Numbered from the stretch's first letter, positions 17,801 to 24,028 are shown. The stretch: 32,000 nucleotides of DNA from Chlamydiota bacterium (GCA_016196885.1 JACPWU010000019.1:22270-54269); one strand, 5' to 3'. The notes: generated by a model not told the origin, from the letters alone. Numbers and translations are program-made.

Positions 17801-19873
17801 GATGGTAGTCGTGAAATCAGGAATGTTGTCTGCAACCAAGAGCACACCTGTCGAGGTGTTCTCAATCAAATTATTGCAATTAATGGTCACATTGGTTTTA
17901 TTCTCAGACCAGACACCCACCCTGTGGATATCATAGGTCTCTCCCCCCACAGTTCGGTAAATAGAAGCGCCGCCTAAGTCTGTATTCCAAATTCTGAATC
18001 CCGCAATTCGGCTGTCATTGGCCATGGTGACCGTAGGGCCATAACTTTGTCCATCAATCGTGGGCCTTTCTCCTGCAGTTCCTGTCTCGCATTCAAGACA
18101 TCCTTCCCCAATCAGCTTCACTCCGTCTCGCATGATCACATTCTCATAATAGGTATTCGCGTTCTTGACATACACCCATCCTTCACCGTATGCATGGTTG
18201 ACGCCTTCTTGAATGGTGTTGTAGGGATTTTCAAAGGTCCCGTCTTCGAATCCTGAATTGTCTCCATCTACACATTCGTCACCCACACAAGCTTGATCGT
18301 CTACCGTTGAACCAGGTTCTGTAATGGTTCCACAACCCCCATCTGCGCAAGGATCCGATGTGGGCCATGTTGTGATGGGCGTTGGCTCAGGCGTTGGCTC
18401 AGGTGTTGGCTCGGGCGTTGGCTCGGGCGTAGGTTCGGGCGTAGGTTCAGGTGTTGGTTCAGGCGTAGGCTCAGGCGTTGGCTCGGGTGTTGGCTCGGGC
18501 GTTGGCTCGGGCGTTGGCTCGGGCGTAGGTTCGGGCGTTGGCTCGGGCGTAGGTTCGGGCGTTGGCTCGGGCGTAGGTTCGGGCGTTGGCTCGGGCGTTG
18601 GCTCAGGCGTTGGCTCGGGTGAAGGAGTCTCTGCACTCCCACTTGTCGCGGCTTGCGAGCCTTCACTGGCCGTAGAAGCAGCACTCGCGGATGCACTTCC
18701 TCCCTCTACAAATGTGATGTCATCTTGTAACGTCCTCTCTAAACTCTTTTTCTTCACTTTCTTGGTTACTTTTAGCTTTGTGATGTCTTCTTTGAAATCC
18801 GATTCCTCTATCCTGACGGTGTTATCTCTCATCACCATGTCCACCATTCTGTCCTTGAACGGTGGCCTCTCTCTCTTGGTGAGTTTATCTTTGGCTCCTT
18901 TGATGGGGTTTTTCCCTTTGAAGAGGTCCCCGATCTCAAAGGGCATTCTTGCACGGAATCCTATGTAGTAATTTCCCCCGTGCAGTTCCTCATCTGCATA
19001 GTATTCTGCATCTACAATAAGCCCCTGCGTGACTCTCATCTCTAGCCTTGCCTTGGGCCCTGAGATGTCTTCATGATAGTTCGAGTCAAAGTGATAATAT
19101 CCTCCGTAGAGTCTTGTTTCTGGCAATTCTTGGGGAAGGGGGAGTTTGAACCCTACTTCCATGTCATAGCCTTCCATGGCGTCTTCAAATTTGTCAAAGT
19201 GATGGGTGGTGGTGATGGTGGTTGTAGTCTCGGTCCCTGTCTGGACCAATCTATGGCCGGTGTAAAAGGGGTCTCCCCAACTTCTCTTGATGGTTGTTTC
19301 ACTTTCAAATGTCTCTTTGCTGTCTATCAGTTCTTCATCACTGATGGGTAAATAATAATTGGCCCGCGCATCTACCCATTCTGTGAGCATTTCTAGCCCA
19401 AATCCCAGTTGGTCGAATCGGTTGTGATGACGGCTCTCTTGACTGTCATAAAAGACGTTGCCCCCCAGGATCATTCCCTCGCTGACCATGACCCTGGCCC
19501 CAACCCCTACGCTTTCTACATTTTGCAGGCCATCCCCCAATGAGACTCTGGGATTGATGAAGATAAAGGCCAGGTCATTGCCTACAATCGGAGCGAGTAC
19601 ATCTAGGAATCCTTCGGGGTCATCAAAGTTGTCATCTCCACCCTGGAAGTTGACTCTTCCTCCTAGGCTTAAGACACCATCGGGGAGGGTACTGGCTGCA
19701 GGTTCTATTTCTGGCTTGGCAGTGGGGAGCTTTTTCTCAAGGAGTGATTTTTCGGCTGAGAGGCTTGTTTGAGCCTCCAAACTCCCTAGATCCCAAGGAG
19801 TTGTGATCGAAGAGAGGATGCTCAATACAAAGATGAGTGCTTTCTTCCCCGTTTTCCTTTTCGTACTTTTCAT
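14837..19873 (-). CDS. Giant surface protein: signal peptide, inverse-autotransporter (intimin/invasin-type) beta-barrel, (PEPT)x20 linker, Cys-rich segment, and a very long parallel beta-helix (PbH1/NosD-like) passenger
   Basis: The likely start is ATG 19873 (MKSTKRKTGKKALIFVLSILSS). Barrel motifs line up with intimin: GMILGGNVFYDSQE...QLGFGLEMLTEWVDARANYYLPIS and EDAMEGYDMEVGFKLPLPQELPETRLYGGYYHF. The passenger has dozens of repeats of the form NN.G.GI.L. The C-terminus carries AENNWWG. Its stop overlaps the mlaD stop (TTAG at 14837-14840, convergent). Confidence 0.8.
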   Translation of the reverse strand: MKSTKRKTGKKALIFVLSILSSITTPWDLGSLEAQTSLSAEKSLLEKKLPTAKPEIEPAASTLPDGVLSLGGRVNFQGGDDNFDDPEGFLDVLAPIVGNDLAFIFINPRVSLGDGLQNVESVGVGARVMVSEGMILGGNVFYDSQESRHHNRFDQLGFGLEMLTEWVDARANYYLPISDEELIDSKETFESETTIKRSWGDPFYTGHRLVQTGTETTTTITTTHHFDKFEDAMEGYDMEVGFKLPLPQELPETRLYGGYYHFDSNYHEDISGPKARLEMRVTQGLIVDAEYYADEELHGGNYYIGFRARMPFEIGDLFKGKNPIKGAKDKLTKRERPPFKDRMVDMVMRDNTVRIEESDFKEDITKLKVTKKVKKKSLERTLQDDITFVEGGSASASAASTASEGSQAATSGSAETPSPEPTPEPTPEPTPEPTPEPTPEPTPEPTPEPTPEPTPEPTPEPTPEPTPEPTPEPTPEPTPEPTPEPTPEPTPEPTPEPTPITTWPTSDPCADGGCGTITEPGSTVDDQACVGDECVDGDNSGFEDGTFENPYNTIQEGVNHAYGEGWVYVKNANTYYENVIMRDGVKLIGEGCLECETGTAGERPTIDGQSYGPTVTMANDSRIAGFRIWNTDLGGASIYRTVGGETYDIHRVGVWSENKTNVTINCNNLIENTSTGVLLVADNIPDFTTTISDNIIQNNDEYGIRVVGTGALGQIFSTTIEGNGVRVNTLDGIQIRASNYDQATLQVNANLQYENVSYDDEGNVISYDVFGVDQNGGDGIDVDLSNIGDINASISNNLTDENGENGFKINLDSPNHISATLGTTANDNAKNGAEITMTSGGDIETDMLFTANNNGENGTQITLTSSGQMQASISAYADNNGKNGNEVSASSSGSMNASVTAYGNNNLENGAEIALNSPSDMTASIFSGGNENGEYGEIVTINSPATVHAWISYGGGSGNGKSGVFARIGSDEEPIHDLFLDFSYNQGNNTQEGYGIDLKARANTIHGDETVYPYNAQATLFGNTANNNPTTGMVLDLEGTDILFQMEGNKASNNAGDGIDLNANATHDIQGTIGADFTANTANQNAGHGLNVQMHSDETISSSGFEYNVTDENALDGLHADVSSKGALSFGVLLNQANNNGQDGIYVNAQSDTSLGVGGFFNQTNNNISNGMEIVAASPGNVTLDVGSDANYNGADGVHATILQAKDLYLSAVDSTTSYNGGAGIKIVSPDDNPDDDIYPITGNVGYDAGSDGTSSYPLTIEYNISYANVGAGIDIDLRTAGSFPYVFVYGNEVYDSPGEGIKMNLVAGGTSSLPSSGFAFFDYISIYENSIHDNQGNGIDLNFQQSKSAGDYISVDYNNFTHNAGDGININGFSNGHLQLAGTNNESQDNSGAGMRADLSSSYYVSVGPFYSNTITNNAGNGLDLTVDSTGGSSITLGATSSSLKNSISGNLNGISLNASGGSSVLIQGNELSNNLANGLFLDADNTTLGIQKNTVSANGADGLALNTSSVDTEFRDNVVTNNAGNGLTLNESSVGHGIYFDAKDGNEGKGGQDGNVFSGNGGDGVNLNLTLTESDGSLTVLMIDTVVSNNLGDGIDLSVSGSTPSSLDLNFGDPDSNTGYNSIYGNGTYDFANNTSYAVKAENNWWGEYPVDTSDFSNASGGTIDYDPALSSDPNP
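18378..18617 (-). repeat. 20 tandem 12-nt units encoding PEPT
   Basis: Counted directly: 20 units such as GGCGTTGGCTCG, GGCGTAGGTTCG and GGTGTTGGCTCG. Every difference between units is a synonymous third-position change on the coding strand (CCN GAR CCN ACN). Confidence 0.95.
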
Positions 19874-20002
19874 ATGTGCTTCGGTCCCTATACCTGAAGA
19901 CCCTTTGAAGGGGAAAAAGGTCAAAATTTTTTTAACAAAAAGCGCTAAAAAAGGGACTTTTCTTAATCTGTTTGTAATAAGGAGGTTAGCCCGCTTAGAG
20001 TT

Positions 20003-20080
20003 TAAAAAATTCCTTCGGCCGGCTGAAGGAAAGATGATGGACTTGGGGATGTTCAGATTTGATGAGGTTGAGAAGGGGAG
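20003..20080. repeat. 78-bp direct repeat, copy A (displaced 3' end of the radical-SAM gene)
   Basis: TAAAAAATTCCTTCGGCCGGCTGAAGGAAAGATGATGGACTTGGGGATGTTCAGATTTGATGAGGTTGAGAAGGGGAG, identical to 20754-20831. Confidence 0.95.
20004..20031 (-). terminator. Rho-independent terminator (copy A), positioned to serve the toxin-antitoxin cassette
   Basis: On the minus strand: TTCCTTCAG CCGG CCGAAGGAA followed by TTTTTT. Confidence 0.65.
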
Positions 20081-20107
20081 ACAGAACCTTCTAACACTGG
20101 AATACCT

Positions 20108-20386
20108 TCATATCTTATGCAGGTAACGTCGGATGTCGTTATGATCTCCCGCAAGAACAAATTCTACTAAGTCTCCCTGCCATTTAAAAAGAATCCTTGC
20201 CTTGAGCCCTTTTCGAACCTCCCAAAAATCTCCTTTGAGACGCTTGAGGCCAACGCCTTCGTGAAGAGCTCTATCGTGTGATAGTATCTCAATTGCTTGG
20301 AGGGCGGATTCCTTTATCTCCTCTTTTTCTCGACCTCGATAGCTTTTAAGCGAGCGATCAAAGGAAGGCTTAAATTCAAATCTCAC
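20108..20386 (-). CDS. RelE/ParE-superfamily toxin
   Basis: 92 aa. Contains LKRLKGDFWEVRKGLKARILFKWQGDLVEFVLAGDHNDI. Its GTG start overlaps the antitoxin stop (GTGA). Confidence 0.75.
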   Translation of the reverse strand: MRFEFKPSFDRSLKSYRGREKEEIKESALQAIEILSHDRALHEGVGLKRLKGDFWEVRKGLKARILFKWQGDLVEFVLAGDHNDIRRYLHKI

Positions 20387-20646
20387 AACGCCTCGATATG
20401 CTTCTTAGCTTTTCCAACGTTCCTGTAAACCTTTCCTTTGAGAGCGGCTAATTTTTCAATCTTCTGCCATTCGCTGGGTGAATAAGGTGATTCGGCCGTA
20501 ATCTTGCAAGGCAGTAAAACGATTCCTTCCTTACTTAAACCAAAGGCCAAAGAAGTGCCGGTTTGAACGTGCAAGATTTTTCTGATCCGGTTAGGAATGG
20601 TGATCTGGCCTTTTGAAGTAACCTTGGCAGTTTCAATCACAGTCAT
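20383..20646 (-). CDS. AbrB/MazE/SpoVT-family antitoxin
   Basis: MTVIETAKVTSKGQITIPNRIRKIL is a SpoVT-AbrB N-terminal signature. The track starts it at GTG 20655; ATG 20646 is preferred. Confidence 0.75.
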   Translation of the reverse strand: MTVIETAKVTSKGQITIPNRIRKILHVQTGTSLAFGLSKEGIVLLPCKITAESPYSPSEWQKIEKLAALKGKVYRNVGKAKKHIEAL

Positions 20647-20669
20647 ATGAGACACCCCTTTCTTATATC

Positions 20670-20715
20670 CTTACTTTCGTAAAGTAAGTATAATCTTATG
20701 AATGACCTGTGTCAA
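20670..20715 (-). promoter_or_regulatory. Promoter and operator of the toxin-antitoxin cassette
   Basis: On the minus strand: TTGACA (20715-20710), 17-nt spacer, TATACT (20692-20687). The palindrome CTTACTTT-cgt-AAAGTAAG (20670-20688) overlaps the -10 box. Confidence 0.6.
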
Positions 20716-20733
20716 GGGAGCTCCTCGTGCTTG

Positions 20734-22032
20734 CTACATCATCGCCCTCCCCCTAAAAAATTCCTTCGGCCGGCTGAAGGAAAGATGATGGACTTGGGGA
20801 TGTTCAGATTTGATGAGGTTGAGAAGGGGAGGGATCCCCAGAATTTGGCCTTTTCTAGGGGGGAGGGCTTGCAAATATTGATCTGGATCTATGGCCAGAT
20901 TTCTCCATTGAATGGCGGCGATTTGAGTATCTTTAATAAATTTTAGCAGGGCCTCTGCTTCTTCTTCTCGGTCCGTCACGCCCGGAAAAGTGAGGAGGTT
21001 GATCGAAACGGCTAGAGGATGGTCTCTTGCGATTTTGGCTGTTTCAATCACTTGCTCGAATCCATAGCCTTTGGGTTGATAATAGGATTCATAAGTTTCT
21101 TTGATCGCACTGTTCATGCTGATTCGAACAGTCTCAAGTCCCGCTTTACAGAGTTTCAAAAACCCAAGGGGATAGCTTGCGTTGGTGTTGAGATTGAGGG
21201 TGCCTTGGAGTGTTTTCGCTCGAATGGCCAGAATGGCTTTTTCAAGGGTAGCTGCAGCCATGAGCGGTTCTCCTTCGCAGCCTTGGCCAAAGGAAAGGAT
21301 GGGATCTGGAGATTCTTCTAAGTGGGGAAGGGCAACGTTCAATATTTCTTCTACCGTGGGAGCAAAATTAATTCTTTCATGACTAGAAGGAGGCAGCTCT
21401 TCAGGTTGAAGGCTGATGCATCCGACGCATTGGGCGTTGCAAACGGGAGAAGCGGGCAGGGCTCCTTCCCAACGGCCGTAAAAAATATTCTGGGCGGTAT
21501 TGCAGTGGTACTCTGAGGCGCAAAGGGCGAGTTGTTTCAGCACTCGATTTTGAGGATTTTGGGAGAGGCGCTTTTCAATTTTAAGCTGAAGCTCTGGCGT
21601 GTTGAAATAATGATTTTCCCATCGGTCGGAAGATTCTATTTTGATACAAGCACAGACCCTCTCTCCATTTGAAATCCCTATGGCAGTATAAGCCCATTGG
21701 GGGAGAAAGTTCCTTTTTGAGGGAGCTGCGGCGGGCAGCAAGGTTCTTAGATAGCCCACAGGTAAAATGGCGGCTGTTGGAAAATAAGTTTCCCGAGCGC
21801 TTTTTTCGATGGGTTGAGGGCCCTTTTCTGAACTCCACAACATAGGAACGCGATTGGGAAGAAAATTCTCTAACGCATTTTCAGGAAAAGGGCTAAGCTC
21901 TTCCGCAAAAGGTTTCCGATAGAGATCCCCTGAACGCCCCATCATTTCGAAGCCGGGGAGTTCGAGAATTTGTCCCATTTCAGTGGCAATCAAGGCCTGA
22001 ATGGGATTTTTTAGAAGCAGGTTGTTTTTCAT
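20734..22032 (-). CDS. Radical-SAM domain protein with an N-terminal extension of about 200 aa of unknown function
   Basis: CNAQCVGC (a Cx3Cx2C motif) and GQGCEGEPL. The likely start is ATG 22032 (MKNNLLLKN). The further-upstream track start would read through the REP-like element. Confidence 0.75.
   Translation of the reverse strand: MKNNLLLKNPIQALIATEMGQILELPGFEMMGRSGDLYRKPFAEELSPFPENALENFLPNRVPMLWSSEKGPQPIEKSARETYFPTAAILPVGYLRTLLPAAAPSKRNFLPQWAYTAIGISNGERVCACIKIESSDRWENHYFNTPELQLKIEKRLSQNPQNRVLKQLALCASEYHCNTAQNIFYGRWEGALPASPVCNAQCVGCISLQPEELPPSSHERINFAPTVEEILNVALPHLEESPDPILSFGQGCEGEPLMAAATLEKAILAIRAKTLQGTLNLNTNASYPLGFLKLCKAGLETVRISMNSAIKETYESYYQPKGYGFEQVIETAKIARDHPLAVSINLLTFPGVTDREEEAEALLKFIKDTQIAAIQWRNLAIDPDQYLQALPPRKGQILGIPPLLNLIKSEHPQVHHLSFSRPKEFFRGRAMM
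20754..20831. repeat. 78-bp direct repeat, copy B (current 3' end of the radical-SAM gene, including its terminator hairpin at 20755-20782)
   Basis: Identical to 20003-20080. On the minus strand it encodes PLLNLIKSEHPQVHHLSFSRPKEFF. Confidence 0.95.
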
Positions 22033-22062
22033 TTTATTTTTGCTATGAAAGTGAGGCTCATT

Positions 22063-22111
22063 TTGTAGTCGCCCCATTTATGGGGCTGCCCGATGAATCG
22101 GGCGACTACAA
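22063..22111. repeat. REP-like palindromic element, copy 2 (49 nt, no insert)
   Basis: TTGTAGTCGCCCCATTTATGGGGCTGCCCGATGAATCGGGCGACTACAA. Apart from the 24-nt insert in copy 1, it differs from that copy by one base. Confidence 0.8.
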
Positions 22112-22219
22112 AAAAAGCATGATGGGGAGAACTTTCATCACATACGATGATCTCGAAAGATCATTGAAATTGGTATGAAATAGATTATACTAAAGTATGA
22201 AGAATGGAGATATCAAAAA

Positions 22220-22357
22220 ATGCAAAGAACAATTAAAATAGCCATTAGCCTTCCACGAGAGGATTTTGAAAGAATAGAAAAGTTGAGGAAGAGAGCGAAG
22301 GTTGAGCGAAGTACCGTGATTGATCGGGCCATTAGATTTGCCTTGGCTTTGGAGTAG
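22220..22357 (+). CDS. Ribbon-helix-helix (CopG/Arc-like) small protein, 45 aa, not in the ORF track
   Basis: ATG 22220 to TAG 22355-22357 gives MQRTIKIAISLPREDFERIEKLRKRAKVERSTVIDRAIRFALALE. GGAG lies 10 nt upstream. A candidate promoter is TTGAAA (22164-22169), 16-nt spacer, TATACT (22186-22191). Confidence 0.5.
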   Translation: MQRTIKIAISLPREDFERIEKLRKRAKVERSTVIDRAIRFALALE

Positions 22358-22440
22358 TCTTCCCCCCGACATTTCATCTTGCAAACCCAACAGGGGTTTT
22401 ATATCATCAGCGACCTTGATTGAAAGGGAGGAGGTTTTTG

Positions 22441-22995
22441 ATGCAAGCCGTAGACTTAAGGCCAGGGATGGCGGTTCTTTTCAATGGTCAAATCCATAAG
22501 GTGGAGGAATACCAACATGTCACCCCGGGCAATTGGCGGGCCATGATTCAGACGACGTTGCGGAGTTTAAAGACGGGGAAGGCGATTAAAAATCGTTTTC
22601 GACCCCAAGATTCGATCGAACAAGTGATTCTGGAACCCAAAGAATGTCAGTACCTCTATCATGACCCAGAGCAATATTATTTTCTGGACTTGGAAGATTA
22701 TCACAATCACACTGTCTCCAAAGAAATTGTGGGTGAAAAGGCCCGCTATTTGGCAGAAAATTTAGAAGTAAAGATTTTGGTTCACGGCGGGACGGTGATT
22801 GATTTGGAACTTCCCACCAGTGTGATGCTAAAAATTATCGAGACAGAACCGGGCAATAAAGGTGACACCGTCACCAATGTTTTAAAGCGTGCCAAGGTGG
22901 AAACAGGTTTCGACATTCAGGTCCCCCTCTTTATTAAGGAAGGGGAAACGGTGAAGGTGGATACGCGCACAGGAAACTATTTGGGGAGGAGTTAG
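22441..22995 (+). CDS. efp: Elongation factor P
   Basis: ATG 22441 is preceded by GGGAGGAGG. C-terminal motifs TEPGNKGDT and VPLFIKEGETVKVDTRTGNYLGR are typical of EF-P. Confidence 0.9.
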   Translation: MQAVDLRPGMAVLFNGQIHKVEEYQHVTPGNWRAMIQTTLRSLKTGKAIKNRFRPQDSIEQVILEPKECQYLYHDPEQYYFLDLEDYHNHTVSKEIVGEKARYLAENLEVKILVHGGTVIDLELPTSVMLKIIETEPGNKGDTVTNVLKRAKVETGFDIQVPLFIKEGETVKVDTRTGNYLGRS

Positions 22996-23003
22996 GAGAT
23001 ACA

Positions 23004-23037
23004 GTTTTAAGTTATAAGTTGTAAGTTCTAAGTTTAG
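23004..23037. repeat. Single-armed heptamer array GTTTTAA GTTATAA GTTGTAA GTTCTAA GTTTAG
   Basis: Read directly, just after the efp stop. The fourth base of the unit runs T, A, G, C across the four full units. Confidence 0.85.
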
Positions 23038-23092
23038 AATGGGTTGTTTTTACTTCTTGAAATTTCCCAACACTGTGTTAATTTATTCCTCA

Positions 23093-23473
23093 ATGAAACA
23101 AAACCTTCGTTTTCAACTGGTGAGTTTTCTCTCCCTCCTCTCGTTGTCTCTTCTTGTTAGTTGTGATAAAGGTGAAGTTAAGAAGGCTTCTGGGAATTAC
23201 GAGGCGACCGTCGTAAATCCTCAGGGTCACAGCGATGTGGGAAATGCCAGTGTCACCAACTCAGGCGATTTTTTCTCCATTGTCATCAACAGCGATGTGG
23301 GAAATTTTTCCATCACAGGAACCCTGGTGGACAGTGAAATAGACACCACCTTTACCGATTCAGCGGGTGAAACAGCCACCGCCTTCTTTGAATTTTCCGT
23401 GGATCGCAGCACCTTCACGGGTAATATCCAAACCACCACAGGCTTATTTGTGGTTCGGGGCACCCACCTCTAA
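23093..23473 (+). CDS. Small lipoprotein of unknown function
   Basis: MKQNLRFQLVSFLSLLSLSLLVSCDKG, with lipobox LVSC, from ATG 23093. Confidence 0.6.
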   Translation: MKQNLRFQLVSFLSLLSLSLLVSCDKGEVKKASGNYEATVVNPQGHSDVGNASVTNSGDFFSIVINSDVGNFSITGTLVDSEIDTTFTDSAGETATAFFEFSVDRSTFTGNIQTTTGLFVVRGTHL

Positions 23474-24028
23474 CCCGCATTTCCTCGCTTCGAACATAAA
23501 CGCTGGCGGGATATTTCTGATTTCTAGTTCCCAATGGATTTGATGAAAGGTGTTTTCAAGAATGCGGCGGGCCTGTAAAGAATACTGATTGTAGATGATG
23601 AATTTCCCTGATTTTGAAAGAAGGGCCTTGGTTTTTTCAAAAAGGGCTTGTCTTTCCTCCTCCTTCAAATGGGAAAGAGGGATCGAACAGAGGACCAGAT
23701 CAACCTCTTTGACCTCCATTTGATTTAGAAAATGATCCACCTCTTTTGCATTTCCATGAATCACTTTGAGGCGGGAATCTTGGATCTTAAGAAGCTCTTG
23801 ATAAAATTTAGGATTCGTTTCAATTCCAATAAATTTTGCCTCAGGCCGAAGTTTCTCCAGAAGGAAGCGCGTGAGAGTCCCGCTTCCAGGCCCGTACTCT
23901 ACAACCGTTTTAATCTTCTCACATTCAATTTTATCCAATACCTTTTTGAGAACAAATCTTGAACTGGGGAGAATAGCCCCAATGTGAGGATCTTTGAGAA
24001 AATTTAAAAAAAATGAGAAAACATTCAT
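23444..24028 (-). CDS. Class I SAM-dependent methyltransferase (COG3963 / phospholipid N-methyltransferase-like N-terminus)
   Basis: FLKDPHIGAILPSSRFV and motif I VVEYGPGSGTLT. Its 3' end overlaps the convergent lipoprotein gene by 30 nt. Confidence 0.7.
   Translation of the reverse strand: MNVFSFFLNFLKDPHIGAILPSSRFVLKKVLDKIECEKIKTVVEYGPGSGTLTRFLLEKLRPEAKFIGIETNPKFYQELLKIQDSRLKVIHGNAKEVDHFLNQMEVKEVDLVLCSIPLSHLKEEERQALFEKTKALLSKSGKFIIYNQYSLQARRILENTFHQIHWELEIRNIPPAFMFEARKCGLEVGAPNHK

Noticed and set aside
18301-18968. ORFs encoding (GVGS)n on the plus strand and (SQRP/NLRP)n on the minus strand
   Set aside because: They are alternative-frame and antisense readings of the 12-nt PEPT repeat inside the giant protein gene.
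19803-20946. Two plus-strand ORFs (19803-20126 and 20698-20946) sharing KKFLRPAEGKMMDLGMFRFDEVEKGR
   Set aside because: The shared peptide is simply the antisense reading of the 78-bp direct repeat, which is the real feature.
22190-22390. 66-aa minus-strand ORF
   Set aside because: It is antisense to a much more convincing 45-aa RHH ORF with an SD. Its translation has no recognisable features.
20734-22995. Functional link between the radical-SAM enzyme and modification of the non-canonical EF-P (by analogy with EpmB)
   Set aside because: The genes are divergent and separated by another gene and a repeat. The enzyme does not resemble lysine 2,3-aminomutase around its cluster motif. Proximity alone is insufficient.
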